From a virus (taxonomy: Duplodnaviria > Heunggongvirae > Uroviricota > Caudoviricetes), in the IMG/VR virus record IMGVR_UViG_2737471852_000002, positions 1 to 51,736 of that record: DNA of 51,736 bases; one strand, 5' to 3'. Each line of letters opens with the position of its first letter. Position 1 is the stretch's first letter. Under the pieces are notes generated by a model. The model ran no database searches. It worked only from the letters and a program-made list of their open reading frames with translations, and had not been told where the DNA came from. Positions 28,160 to 37,765 of this stretch are shown here, one piece after another. The translations under genes and the position numbers were made by a program.

Positions 28160-28933
28160 TCAGGCGAGATAAGAATGAGGGTTGGGGAAGACGATTTCTT
28201 TGTAACAGCGGCAGTTCGGGAGCTCGCCAGCGTGACCGGTCATGCCGTCAAGCGTTGGAGGTCGGCCCCATTCGACAAACTTCCCTTCCATCTCTCGATG
28301 AGAATGCCGGACGTCGCCATCTTCGGCTGTACGCCAGATATAACCATTCGAGCCGATTGACAGCGCACGCGCCTGATCCAGTGCACCGGTTGCGCGCCCA
28401 AGCTCAGTCCGGGCGATAAGGTTCGCTCGTGAGCGTGACACGTCACCGGAAGCAGCTATCTCTTTCGCGAATGGCTCAGCGCGGCCACCAGTTACTACAG
28501 CCTCGATGGCCTTGTTCTGAATGTCATACACCCGATCGGCGGCCTCAAGAGGCAGAGATTTGATGTACTTAATTTGCTCGGCGACGATGGATTTCATCAC
28601 CTGGCCTACCGGGGCGCGGTCGACCATGTTGCGTAGTTCTGCGCTGATGTTCCGACTGTGCTGACGCCACTGCTTTTCATTCTGGCGCGCAATGTCGGCG
28701 GTGAAGCTCTCAGCAACCTTAGTCGCCCAGGGGGTGATGATTTCGCTGTAGCGCTCCAGCGCATCCATTATTTCGGTGACGCTATCGTTTGAACCATCGT
28801 AGCGACCATTTACGATATCCCCGACCGCCCGCGCTATCTGCCGTAGGCTCGTTCGATATCGGATCTCCGCCTGGCGGCTCTGGCGGTTTGTCGCCAAGTT
28901 CGCCGATGCCTGGCGGCGCTTCGTCTTCGGCAT
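28160..28933 (-). CDS. head morphogenesis protein (Mu F-like)
   Basis: 257 aa downstream of portal; ORF overlaps the portal 3' end in another frame, so its start is uncertain. Confidence 0.55.
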   Translation of the reverse strand: MPKTKRRQASANLATNRQSRQAEIRYRTSLRQIARAVGDIVNGRYDGSNDSVTEIMDALERYSEIITPWATKVAESFTADIARQNEKQWRQHSRNISAELRNMVDRAPVGQVMKSIVAEQIKYIKSLPLEAADRVYDIQNKAIEAVVTGGRAEPFAKEIAASGDVSRSRANLIARTELGRATGALDQARALSIGSNGYIWRTAEDGDVRHSHREMEGKFVEWGRPPTLDGMTGHAGELPNCRCYKEIVFPNPHSYLA

Positions 28934-30251
28934 TCTCGATATCCTCGTCGGTAATGGATGCCCCGATGCCGGTGACGTCAGAGTTTTCGCGCAGGTCGGT
29001 CATCGCCGCCTTACGCGTCATCAATCCGTCGCCCAGCGCGGTACTGATCGCGTTGGTGGTGTTTACGGCCACCGTTGATCGGTCAACGTCTGACATTTGC
29101 CATAGCGGGTTAAACTCAAACGTGAAATCGTCCGGCAGCGGCTTTCCGAGTTCCGAGCGGTGCATAATGTCCAGTATCCGGCGCATCGGCAGCCGTAAGC
29201 GGCGCTCCTGCAATGAGCTCACCCGGTCGTAATAGTTGGCGAGGTCTGCATCACCAGTAGAGAAGCCTTTCGGGGATTGACCGAACAGGCGTACCAGCGG
29301 GATACCAACGGCACCGCTGATCTGCTCAGCAAACTGCGAAAGAATGTCATCCAGACCACTAAAGCTGTACTGGTGGGTTTCGAACTTATCCCGCGAGTCC
29401 ATGAGCGTCATACCTTCATTGCTCTGGAACTGGCGGATCAGGTCGATGTTCTTCAGCAACGCTTCGAACGCCGGGCCTCCAAGCGCGATAAGCTCGCGCA
29501 ACTTCTCCACGCTATAGGTACGCAGATGCGCTTTATAGACCAGCTGCGCCGCGCCGACAGTAGCGCTATCGAACGCAGTAAGCCGATCCCAGATACGCTC
29601 TACAACCGACATTCCCCATTCGTTTTCGGTCATCTTCTGCTGGAATGGCAGCGTGACGCCATCAAAGCGGATCAGGCGGCTGTGATGGATGCGCCAGGCC
29701 GGAATGCCCGTTGCGGTGGTCACCACGTCGTAAAACTCAGGCTTGCCGAGGTCCGGCCCCATCTCTTTAATGCGGCGTGTCAGCACCGGGTTAATCATCC
29801 AGCGGTCGAGCGGGAGAATGCCCTTAAACTTGCCCTCGCCAATGGTTTCGAGTCGCAGCGGGGTCATTGGTGCTTGCCCCTCGATCATGATGAAGCCGAC
29901 CGCGCCGCCGTAGAGGCGCGACCATTTCAGCACGTCGTTCAGCGCATCCCAGATCTGCAACTCATCCAGTTGCGCTTCGAGGGTGCCACGGTCTTTGGCG
30001 TCAATCTCCGAAGTGATGCGAATGCCCTTTCGGGTCATATCGTCCGGGATAGCGTCGACCGCTTCACCGATAACCCACGAACCGCGATATGACCATTCCA
30101 CCAGCATGCGGTTGCGGCTGGTGAAGTTCGCCCGGTAGGTCGATGCTGAATGCTGGTTAGGCGTCTGCATCCCAACGCGGGCGACGAAGTTCTCGTAGCC
30201 GTCAGCGGTGGCCTGTGCCGTTCGCTGAGAGGATTGCTTGTTTCGTGCCAT
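28782..30251 (-). CDS. portal protein
   Basis: 489 aa, immediately downstream of terminase large subunit (4-nt overlap). Confidence 0.7.
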   Translation of the reverse strand: MARNKQSSQRTAQATADGYENFVARVGMQTPNQHSASTYRANFTSRNRMLVEWSYRGSWVIGEAVDAIPDDMTRKGIRITSEIDAKDRGTLEAQLDELQIWDALNDVLKWSRLYGGAVGFIMIEGQAPMTPLRLETIGEGKFKGILPLDRWMINPVLTRRIKEMGPDLGKPEFYDVVTTATGIPAWRIHHSRLIRFDGVTLPFQQKMTENEWGMSVVERIWDRLTAFDSATVGAAQLVYKAHLRTYSVEKLRELIALGGPAFEALLKNIDLIRQFQSNEGMTLMDSRDKFETHQYSFSGLDDILSQFAEQISGAVGIPLVRLFGQSPKGFSTGDADLANYYDRVSSLQERRLRLPMRRILDIMHRSELGKPLPDDFTFEFNPLWQMSDVDRSTVAVNTTNAISTALGDGLMTRKAAMTDLRENSDVTGIGASITDEDIENAEDEAPPGIGELGDKPPEPPGGDPISNEPTADSAGGRGYRKWSLRWFKR

Positions 30252-31873
30252 CAGGCCTGTCTCCCTAGCAGCTCCCAGATGTTCAGGGCTGAATTCATTG
30301 GCGCGTAGCTGATCATCACCGAGTCGGCGAGGTTCGGCGACTTGGTGCCATCAGGCTGTTTATCAACAACGATTTTCCCCACGCCATTAATGGAGTAGGT
30401 CGGCTGCGACAGCTCAATGATGAGTTTGTCTTTGCTCGCCATGGCGCTGCTGATTGAGATGATTTCGTCCGGGTTGTAGGCCATGCCCTCAACCACGGCG
30501 CGATAGGTGTTCTGGAAAAGCTTGCGTAGCCACCACCAGCTCTGGGCCTTGGCGTTGGCGAAGAAGTCCTTGTTCAGGCGTGCGGCCTGTCCGTTGTCCC
30601 CGCGCACCGCTTCATCGTCCGGATCAAATACCGCGCCGCTACCACGAAACGGTGTGGCGAGTATTGACGGTCGGCGCGCTGCGTAACGCAGTTCGTTGAT
30701 GGCGCGCGCATCGCCGCGAACGCCAGCACCCAGGCCGTCCTCGTCGAAGCGAAACTCTTCGAGGTTGTCCTGTTCGCAAAAGCCGAAGACCTTCTCAACA
30801 GACTGGTAAATGTCGCTGCCAACGCCGGACCATTCACGCACGTTCTCCAGAAGGAAGCCGTGACGGGTCGAAAAGGCATTTTTGTCCCGGCCTTCGTCGG
30901 CGACGTCCATCGCGCCCAGTCGCTTGCCCGTTGGCTGAATACCAAGTTTGATATGCGCGTCGACGGCAGCCTGTACCCAGTCGGACGGGATCAGGACGCC
31001 TTCCGCAGATGCGCTGTAGTTCAGGTCAAGTTCCTGCGCCACCACCACCGGATTGTCGATTTTCTCGCACTCCCTGCGATACCACTCTTCATCCTTGCGC
31101 GGGTCATCTCGCCAGTGGAACGTGAATACTGGTATCTTTCCGCCGTGGCGCTTCTGCGCGAACGGGTTCGCCATGCCATTAACCGAGCTCAGGTCAATAC
31201 GGCAACGGGTGGTTTGCGACAGCGCCGCATCAATCAACAGAGGACGCTGGAGGAATGCAGCTTCATCCACCAGGTAGAGCGTGGTACGGTCACCACGTCC
31301 GATATTGTCGCCAGCCTCGCCTTTGATAACCGCGCCAGTATCTGGAAACTCAACGCGCATATACGGCGCATGCTTCTTCTCGTCCCACGAACCACGAAAC
31401 TCGATGGGCAGTGTTTCCACGAACTTTCGCGCCTTCCAGAACAGCGCCTTCGGGTCACCGGTGCTGTCGACGTATTCCTCTTTACGGGAGCCGAAACCGA
31501 TAACCATTTCTTTGTTGAAGAGACAAAGCGAGCAGGCCAGCCCGATCGCGGTCCAACTGAGCCCCATTTCGCGGCTCTTTTCGGTGATGCCGTTCTCCAG
31601 TCGTTCGCGCCGCTCCATGATCCAGTGAATCCACTCTTCCTGTTTCGGGAACAGCAGAAAAGGGATGGTGACCGGCAGGCCATAATCGATGTTACGCGGG
31701 TCAGTAGTCATACCCCAGTCGATGATGAACTGTGCCGGGTTGGTGCGATAAAACTGCTTTAGCGCTGGTAGCATTTCAGGGTTCTGGCGAATGCGCTGTA
31801 AGCGCTCCATCCGCCATTCAAAAACCATCTGGTAATCAGGGTTTCTGAAATCGAATTCAAACGGAAGAGGCAT
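30251..31873 (-). CDS. terminase large subunit
   Basis: about 540 aa from ATG at 31873; ATPase plus nuclease architecture; followed by portal. Confidence 0.8.
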   Translation of the reverse strand: MPLPFEFDFRNPDYQMVFEWRMERLQRIRQNPEMLPALKQFYRTNPAQFIIDWGMTTDPRNIDYGLPVTIPFLLFPKQEEWIHWIMERRERLENGITEKSREMGLSWTAIGLACSLCLFNKEMVIGFGSRKEEYVDSTGDPKALFWKARKFVETLPIEFRGSWDEKKHAPYMRVEFPDTGAVIKGEAGDNIGRGDRTTLYLVDEAAFLQRPLLIDAALSQTTRCRIDLSSVNGMANPFAQKRHGGKIPVFTFHWRDDPRKDEEWYRRECEKIDNPVVVAQELDLNYSASAEGVLIPSDWVQAAVDAHIKLGIQPTGKRLGAMDVADEGRDKNAFSTRHGFLLENVREWSGVGSDIYQSVEKVFGFCEQDNLEEFRFDEDGLGAGVRGDARAINELRYAARRPSILATPFRGSGAVFDPDDEAVRGDNGQAARLNKDFFANAKAQSWWWLRKLFQNTYRAVVEGMAYNPDEIISISSAMASKDKLIIELSQPTYSINGVGKIVVDKQPDGTKSPNLADSVMISYAPMNSALNIWELLGRQA

Positions 31874-31945
31874 AAACAATTCCAGGCATTGAGTTTTTGC
31901 GTAACAAAGTTGATATTGTTTATGTACCAATTACAGGAGGTTTTA

Positions 31946-32157
31946 TGACACCAGCAGTTAGCGCTAAGTTGTTGGAATTAACCAACGACCTTAACAACGA
32001 AGTAAAATTGTCTGCAATTTATGCTCTCGGCGAGAGTGCTTCAGCAACGCCAGCTCATGTAAATCGCTTACTTGATTTATCTTCGGATCTAAATCACAAC
32101 GTCAAAGTCGCTGCAATTAAAGCTCTTGGCCGTATTACTCGACCAAAACAAGCCTAG
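31946..32157 (+). CDS. 70-aa protein made of two HEAT/PBS-lyase-like repeats (moron)
   Basis: CAGGAGG RBS 5 nt before ATG; LLELTNDLNNEVKLSAIYALGE and LLDLSSDLNHNVKVAAIKALGR repeats; AT-rich, opposite strand between the terminase genes. Confidence 0.5.
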
Positions 32158-32182
32158 AATCCATAGCCGCAACATGCGGCTA

Positions 32183-32656
32183 TCACCCCATCATCTTGCG
32201 GTAAATCTCTGCGGCCTGATCTGCGGTGAGGTTGGTCGTCTCGGTCTTGATCGGGCCGCCATCCTTGCCAGTGCTTTCAACCTTCAGCTTATTGGTGTAA
32301 GCGTCGCCAACCTCTTTCGCGGCCTGTTCAATCAGCTGCGCCGTCAGGGAGAAGTTTTTCATCCCCTCGGTTTTGGTTGCCATGCGGTCAAGCACGCGGA
32401 GGCGATAGGATTTGTTCGCGATCGGAATGTCGCTGGTTTCGGTCAGGAACCGTTCGCGCGTAGCGTGGAACATCTCGATCCACTTTTTGGCGAGCGTCTT
32501 ACCGCTGGCCTTCGTGGGGTCGTGAGATTCAGCCTGCTGGCGGGTGATCTTGATCCCGAATTCTTTTTGGACAGCCTCAACCACCTGCGTCGGCGTGTCA
32601 TAGCACGCAAGCGACTGAATGATGAAGGCTTTCACATCAGGTTTTAATGCAGCCAT
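32183..32656 (-). CDS. putative terminase small subunit
   Basis: 157 aa upstream of the terminase large subunit with an N-terminal HTH-like segment. Confidence 0.4.
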   Translation of the reverse strand: MAALKPDVKAFIIQSLACYDTPTQVVEAVQKEFGIKITRQQAESHDPTKASGKTLAKKWIEMFHATRERFLTETSDIPIANKSYRLRVLDRMATKTEGMKNFSLTAQLIEQAAKEVGDAYTNKLKVESTGKDGGPIKTETTNLTADQAAEIYRKMMG

Positions 32657-32686
32657 AAATCACCATTCGTCTTATTCAGTCCAGTT

Positions 32687-33307
32687 TTAAGCCAGTCGCA
32701 GCATGCACGTCCCGCAAGCTCTGGCAATATCGAGATGAGCAACCTCCGCTGGCTGATTCGCCGCATCAATCATTTCCTGCACATCACGGCTCGCACCGTA
32801 ACGGCGAACCACGCCCACAAACTCTTCCACGTCATGGCCGCGCAGCTTCAGCTTTGGCTGCCCTTCCTGCGTGAACTTCGGCGCGCCAAATTCATCTGTC
32901 GCCTGGCAGATGTGATAAAGCTCGTGCTCTATCAGCGCGCAGAACTCCAGATCGGAACATTGCGAACAGTAATCGGCGGCCAGCGTGATGATGAACTGCG
33001 GCACCCTGCCGAACCATTCATACATCTGTTGCTCCATCCGCGCTTTCTGCCAGCCTCCAGCCCGCATTGCCACTTCTTCCGCCTGTCCCAGCACGGAACG
33101 CCCTTTTTTCTCGAAAGCGTTCGACGCCCAGAGAAAGCACAGATCCGCTTCAAGCAAATGCTGGTGGTCAGGGTTGTAGAGGTCACCCTCATCACTCAGG
33201 ATGTGCTGATTCAGCCACTGGCCAACGTCACTGGCGGGCATTATGCTGATGTAAGGCTTCGGGTCAGATGGCATCGTAAAATGCGCTGGTGGGTGTGGTC
33301 TGTTCAT
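32687..33307 (-). CDS. HExxH zinc-metallopeptidase-like protein (SprT/Wss1-like?)
   Basis: 206 aa; IEHELYHI motif plus cysteine clusters (CSQCSDLEFC, ACGTCM). Confidence 0.45.
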   Translation of the reverse strand: MNRPHPPAHFTMPSDPKPYISIMPASDVGQWLNQHILSDEGDLYNPDHQHLLEADLCFLWASNAFEKKGRSVLGQAEEVAMRAGGWQKARMEQQMYEWFGRVPQFIITLAADYCSQCSDLEFCALIEHELYHICQATDEFGAPKFTQEGQPKLKLRGHDVEEFVGVVRRYGASRDVQEMIDAANQPAEVAHLDIARACGTCMLRLA

Positions 33308-33361
33308 GAATAATTCCAGTGCTCCATTATCGAAGCCCCTCAGTGAAGGGCTTCTGTAATG

Positions 33362-33547
33362 TCAGTCCCGGACGAACGTAACCTTTGTGGTTATCATTCG
33401 CCGCACAAGGCGCGTCGCTTCGCGTTGCATTTCATCAATTACTTTTGGTGTCAGCGGCTGACGCGCATATTTGCGCTCAATCTCTGCAAAAATCCCGTTC
33501 AGCGCCTCGCTGTCTGGTGGGATAACTTCAACGTTTAATCGTGCCAT
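33362..33547 (-). CDS. hypothetical small protein
   Basis: 61 aa from ATG at 33547 with AGGA RBS. Confidence 0.35.
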   Translation of the reverse strand: MARLNVEVIPPDSEALNGIFAEIERKYARQPLTPKVIDEMQREATRLVRRMITTKVTFVRD

Positions 33548-33806
33548 CGGTTTGTCCTGCCCTGTTGTTCTCGAAAGTCCTGATATCAGCCTTATCCCTG
33601 TTGCACTGCGCCAGCGCTGACAGCAACGTGACATTCAGGTTAAGACTTGCTCCCCACGTAAACGGGTCGGGTAAATCTGGCTGGGGTGTTTCAGCCGTCA
33701 GGCTGGCTGGTAACGGAACTACCGGAACCGGCACGAAGACCGTTCGCGTATTCGTGCAGCCGCTTAACTGCGCCAGCAGGCACAACACGAACAGCACAAT
33801 CATCAT
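33528..33806 (-). CDS. Rz1: o-spanin (Rz1-like lipoprotein), overlapping Rz in another frame
   Basis: signal peptide MMIVLFVLCLLAQLSGC with lipobox, then proline-rich VPVPVVPLP...PQPDLPDP; starts inside Rz and extends beyond it. Confidence 0.5.
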   Translation of the reverse strand: MMIVLFVLCLLAQLSGCTNTRTVFVPVPVVPLPASLTAETPQPDLPDPFTWGASLNLNVTLLSALAQCNRDKADIRTFENNRAGQTDGTIKR

Positions 33807-34083
33807 CCGCAACAGCAGCCTTGATATCGTTCTCGGTTCTCTGTGACTCCAGTGCGATCTGCTGCCTGGCATATTGATTTGTCTCCAGAATGATGTTCGT
33901 TATTGCTACGGTGCGCAGGACATTCGCGGTGATGGTCTCAAAGGAATCAGCGCGCTGTTCTGCATCGTCAGCGCGCCGCTGTTCCTCCAGAAACTTTCCA
34001 TGGTAATGATTCGCTGACCAGACAAGACCACCAGCAATACAAGCAATAAACGTTAAAATGAGCGCCCAATAACTCATCTTCAT
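33691..34083 (-). CDS. Rz: i-spanin (Rz-like)
   Basis: 130 aa, N-terminal TM helix then charged coiled coil; ATGA overlap with endolysin stop. Confidence 0.65.
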   Translation of the reverse strand: MKMSYWALILTFIACIAGGLVWSANHYHGKFLEEQRRADDAEQRADSFETITANVLRTVAITNIILETNQYARQQIALESQRTENDIKAAVADDDCAVRVVPAGAVKRLHEYANGLRAGSGSSVTSQPDG

Positions 34084-34694
34084 ACCAGCAGCGCCGCCCG
34101 CGCCTTGTTGTATCGGACCTTACGATCCTCAATACCGTTCAGACCGCCGTTAATGATGCGAGTAACACGATTAATATCGGCACCGTAGATCATGCAGCCT
34201 TTAGAGGTGTAGAACCATGCAGCTGAGCGCGCAGCCTGTAGTTCCTGTTCCAGTTGTTCAGGTGAAGTCACCAAATCTAACTTCAGAGCAGCCCCGCAGG
34301 TGCGATAATTGTCGAGGCCAGTGATTTGAATTAACCCTCTGCCGCGATATTTCCAGCCGTCGCCGGGCGCTTTGTTACCCAGGCGGTTGCTATACACCAG
34401 ATTGGCGATAGCATCCTGGCGGGCTGCGTGTTCGGTTGTTCTGCCAAGCGCATCAGCCTGCTGCTGTGTGATCCTCTTTCCGAAGGTCGCCACCAGCGCA
34501 GATGGTGTGTAGTTCAAATTTTCAACTACAGCGCTAAAGCCGCCTGACTCATGACCTACCTGAGCGATGAACATGGCCTGATCCGCGGGTGCTGTAATGC
34601 CGAATTCTTTCATCGCTGCATCTACTGGTTGAAACCAGCGCACAGCCAGTCCGGCGCTGATACCAGCCGCCTTTTGAAATAATTGTTGGTTCAT
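34080..34694 (-). CDS. endolysin, glycoside hydrolase family 19-like (chitinase-type lysozyme)
   Basis: 204 aa; FIAQVGHESGGF ... KYRGRGLIQITG motifs. Confidence 0.8.
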   Translation of the reverse strand: MNQQLFQKAAGISAGLAVRWFQPVDAAMKEFGITAPADQAMFIAQVGHESGGFSAVVENLNYTPSALVATFGKRITQQQADALGRTTEHAARQDAIANLVYSNRLGNKAPGDGWKYRGRGLIQITGLDNYRTCGAALKLDLVTSPEQLEQELQAARSAAWFYTSKGCMIYGADINRVTRIINGGLNGIEDRKVRYNKARAALLV

Positions 34695-34975
34695 TAGTGC
34701 CTCAGATGATCAACCAGGCGTGCAACGTTGCCTCTGACGGCCACCAGCACGGAAAGAAAAATAGTATTCGCCACGATAATGGGCCATGAGGAATGGGGAT
34801 AAATCCCACAGAGATAGGCCAACGGAACAGCACTGTATGTAACAGTAATCAGCCAGGCTAAACGTGAAACCCAAGGACGATGCCGCGAATCACCACGACG
34901 ATAAAACATCAGAGTAATAACAACACAAGCACATAACAGCGCGTTTATAGTTGCTGTCGGGTCATTTAGCTCCAC
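34694..34975 (-). CDS. membrane protein of the lysis cassette (antiholin or second holin)
   Basis: 93 aa with about 3 hydrophobic helices between holin and endolysin. Confidence 0.45.
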   Translation of the reverse strand: MELNDPTATINALLCACVVITLMFYRRGDSRHRPWVSRLAWLITVTYSAVPLAYLCGIYPHSSWPIIVANTIFLSVLVAVRGNVARLVDHLRH

Positions 34976-35348
34976 CTGAACCTCCCCGGCGCGTTATGAG
35001 CGCCACCAGCGACCCGATATCCTGATTATTCAGGAACGTCAGGATCTTAACGGCTAAAGCAGATACGATTACGGCACCAATGGCATCCAGAGGTTTATCA
35101 CTGTATCCGGTCAAGCTTGCCAGCTTGGAGCCAACCAACCCAGAGCAAAGGATCCCGGCAATATACGACACGATAAAATATGCCAGTCGGCGCGATGCGC
35201 TCAGATCCGCTGCTGTTGCTATGTAGAATACAGCCCCTGCAAATGCGCCAAATACAACGCCGTAATCAGTTCCGGTCAGCAGTCCATAAACACTGGCACC
35301 CGTCAGGGCACCACCAGCCAGCCCAGTACCGGAAATTGGATCGGACAT
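34962..35348 (-). CDS. holin
   Basis: 128 aa with Gly/Ala-rich TM helices and charged C-terminus; first gene of the lysis cassette. Confidence 0.6.
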   Translation of the reverse strand: MSDPISGTGLAGGALTGASVYGLLTGTDYGVVFGAFAGAVFYIATAADLSASRRLAYFIVSYIAGILCSGLVGSKLASLTGYSDKPLDAIGAVIVSALAVKILTFLNNQDIGSLVALITRRGGSGGAK

Positions 35349-35460
35349 TTAGCCCCCTCTTAATTGCTGTGAGTCCTCTCAGGTATGAGGGGAAATAGGC
35401 TCAGGCTTCACGGGTTGGATTTATCAACAAAGCACGTAGCGGATGATTACCGTGAGCCGG

Positions 35461-35490
35461 AAATAAAAAAGCCCCAGCGGGTGCCGGGGC
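35461..35490 (-). terminator. intrinsic terminator (minus strand) between the late-region moron and the holin
   Basis: gccccagcgggtgccggggc hairpin with an adjacent A-run on + (U-run on the minus-strand RNA). Confidence 0.5.
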
Positions 35491-35582
35491 GAGTTATAGA
35501 TAAGTGCATGCTCTAGCAGCAAATCACTGTATTTGATATCGTTAAATCGCCAAAAATAACCCTATCAAACATGGAGAATTAT

Positions 35583-35735
35583 ATGAGTGAATCAAACAAA
35601 CCATCTGGAGAAAATAAGCCTCAACCCGCACCACAGCCTAAACCGGCTCCACAGCCAGCCGAAAGAAATCTGAGGACAGGTTATACCTTTGTTGCCGATT
35701 CTGCTGAAAACATCAGAAAAAAAGGTAAGTAAGTA
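35583..35735 (+). CDS. possible 49-aa proline-rich small protein
   Basis: GGAG RBS; MSESNKPSGENKPQPAPQPKPAPQPAERNL...; its 3' end converges on the 35713-36282 gene; may be spurious. Confidence 0.2.
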
Positions 35736-36282
35736 CTGAGATTACAAGTGCACAAACAGGGGTGAGGATTGTAGCGATCCTTACCCTTTCTAGTTCTCGG
35801 CCTATTCTGGCATTCTCTTTTTTACTCATTTCAGCCATTCTGGTTAAATCCGCAAGCCGGTAGCGCCGCAAGACGTTCAATGTTGAACGCTTTCCTGAAA
35901 ATCCTTTCGACTCAAAACCAGTGTAATCATCTTCAGTAAACCCTTTATAGCCATCATGGTAAAGCGCATAGGGTGTCGATGACACGAGAGCTCGTGACCT
36001 TACAACGAGGACGCAGCGAACAAGATAAGCCGCACACATTGCCCAGTAGACTAAAAAAACAGACATTCCAGCGGTGAGGTAATCAAAACCTGTACGTTGC
36101 GTTAATAACAAAAATGACGAGCCCACGCCAGCAATGAGTATACTCAATAACTTCTGGCCATTTTCTTTGTTTAGTGCGTTGGACTGGTGAATTTCGCGTA
36201 TACAATCCTCGCCCTGCTTCTCCAGAAAAGCAACGAGTTCGTCGTCCGCATCCAAAAAGTAATCATCGGGTAGATTATTCAT
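35713..36282 (-). CDS. membrane protein of unknown function at the Q-to-lysis moron position
   Basis: 189 aa, two central hydrophobic helices plus a C-terminal TM (ILTPVCALVISVLTYLFF); lies between the tR'-like terminator and the holin. Confidence 0.5.
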   Translation of the reverse strand: MNNLPDDYFLDADDELVAFLEKQGEDCIREIHQSNALNKENGQKLLSILIAGVGSSFLLLTQRTGFDYLTAGMSVFLVYWAMCAAYLVRCVLVVRSRALVSSTPYALYHDGYKGFTEDDYTGFESKGFSGKRSTLNVLRRYRLADLTRMAEMSKKENARIGRELERVRIATILTPVCALVISVLTYLFF

Positions 36283-36370
36283 TCCCCAACCTCACATCCT
36301 GTAATGCATCAATTTTACCTGAATGTCTCGAACCTTGGTATTGCTGTCTCCAGAAACGCAAAAAACCCCA

Positions 36371-36398
36371 CGGTGTTATCCGCAGGGCTTGAAACGAA
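36371..36398 (-). terminator. tR'-like intrinsic terminator about 50 nt downstream of the predicted late promoter
   Basis: on the minus strand ccctgcgg-ataaca-ccgtgggg followed by UUUUUU. Confidence 0.55.
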
Positions 36399-36431
36399 GG
36401 CATTAACCCATCGTTGGGACAAAATTAACAC

Positions 36432-36459
36432 AGATTCGGGAAAAGTAAATAGCCCAAGA
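36432..36459 (-). promoter_or_regulatory. pR'-like late promoter (Q-modified transcription start region)
   Basis: minus-strand TTTACT, 16-bp spacer, TAATTT, immediately downstream of the Q gene and upstream of the tR'-like terminator. Confidence 0.4.
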
Positions 36460-36486
36460 CAAAATCATAGGCTATCGCTATAGGCG

Positions 36487-37269
36487 TTACCGCGTTATCT
36501 GCTTAAGCTGTTTTTCGGCCCAGGACTCTTCGATATCAAATTTCGTGATCAGCAGGTCGTAGAATGGCTTAACAGACTTTTTCCAGGTGTCCAGGCTAAT
36601 GGCGTCAGTAATCTGGCATACAGCAGCATAGGCTTCAGTCGACGGAAGTCGTTCATACCCACGCCCTCCGCAGCGCTTACAGTCAGCCAGAACAGGAACG
36701 CCCTGTTTCTCAGTAAGAGCCTGGTTCACTGCCTTGCCGCGCCCATGGCAATCACTGCAAGAAGCACTAACCACACCAGAGCCATTACACTTTTTGCATA
36801 GCACTTTGATGGATTCTTTGACCTTCACCATCCCGGACACGGTCATTTTCCCTTCTGGCTTACGGAATTTATTGGTAAACACGTCAGCCTCAATGAAGCC
36901 CTGACCGTCACAACAATCGCACTGCTTCACGCTGGCAGCGCTGCGGGAATAGTCCTCAAAAGCGAAGGTGGCCAACTGGTGCATCACCTGAGGTTTAACC
37001 GCGGCACCGAGCTTACGCAGTGCGGCAACCTTGTCGCATTTTGTCATCGCGTACTCAGCCAGCAGACCGATCGCCCGATCCCGGTCGTTATTGCTTATGC
37101 CCATCTTGCCGAGGAAGGCGCTGTAACCCATTGCGGCGCGTTCCTGCGTCATGCCCATGGCAGCCATTATGTCGGTACCGGTCAGTGAATCGGAGGCGGT
37201 AGCGCGCGGAGAATCGCTAATCAGTGTGGATTTAGCGAAGTGGTATTTCACTGTGTTTTCAAGGTTCAT
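36487..37269 (-). CDS. late-gene antiterminator Q-like protein
   Basis: 260 aa with Cys-rich zinc-binding region (CDCCDGQGF...CKKCNGSG...CSDCHGRG...CKRCGGRG); position between nin/rusA region and lysis genes. Confidence 0.75.
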   Translation of the reverse strand: MNLENTVKYHFAKSTLISDSPRATASDSLTGTDIMAAMGMTQERAAMGYSAFLGKMGISNNDRDRAIGLLAEYAMTKCDKVAALRKLGAAVKPQVMHQLATFAFEDYSRSAASVKQCDCCDGQGFIEADVFTNKFRKPEGKMTVSGMVKVKESIKVLCKKCNGSGVVSASCSDCHGRGKAVNQALTEKQGVPVLADCKRCGGRGYERLPSTEAYAAVCQITDAISLDTWKKSVKPFYDLLITKFDIEESWAEKQLKQITR

Positions 37270-37402
37270 AGCGCTTCTCCAGCATAAGTTTTCACGTAAT
37301 TCTTCAGTATCCGGTAGTCCGTTAGCACAGAGCCGGGAAAGTGGTATAAGCGAAGCCGCTGCCAGCGAACGCGGAGGTGATCGGAAAAACAGGATTCAAA
37401 TG

Positions 37403-37765
37403 TCATACGGCCTCCAGCCCGGTGATTGTCAGTTCCAGCTTTCCACCTTTGGTAACGGGCATCTTCACAACGCGATAATCAACGACCTGAGCATCGTCCA
37501 GCCAGAAACCTGCTTTGGTGAGTGCGTCAAAAGCGGCCTTTTGCAGATTATCCAGGTCACGGCGACGGCGATCCGGCATGTGGCACTCAATGCGGATTTT
37601 CACAGGCATAGCCAGACCGATATCCAGCATTGCGTTTTTAATGATTCGGGCGACGTTATCGCGGTATGCCTGCCCTTCTGCGCTGATGTGCGTGCGCCCG
37701 CGATTATGGCGGTAGTAGCGGTTATTGCTCGGCGGACAGGGCAATGTGATGTTGTAAGTATTCAC
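37403..37765 (-). CDS. rusA: RusA-type Holliday junction resolvase
   Basis: [37 protein letters not shown]...[22 protein letters not shown] closely resembles E. coli RusA as I recall it; GTG start in GTGA overlap with the upstream gene. Confidence 0.85.
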   Translation of the reverse strand: MNTYNITLPCPPSNNRYYRHNRGRTHISAEGQAYRDNVARIIKNAMLDIGLAMPVKIRIECHMPDRRRRDLDNLQKAAFDALTKAGFWLDDAQVVDYRVVKMPVTKGGKLELTITGLEAV

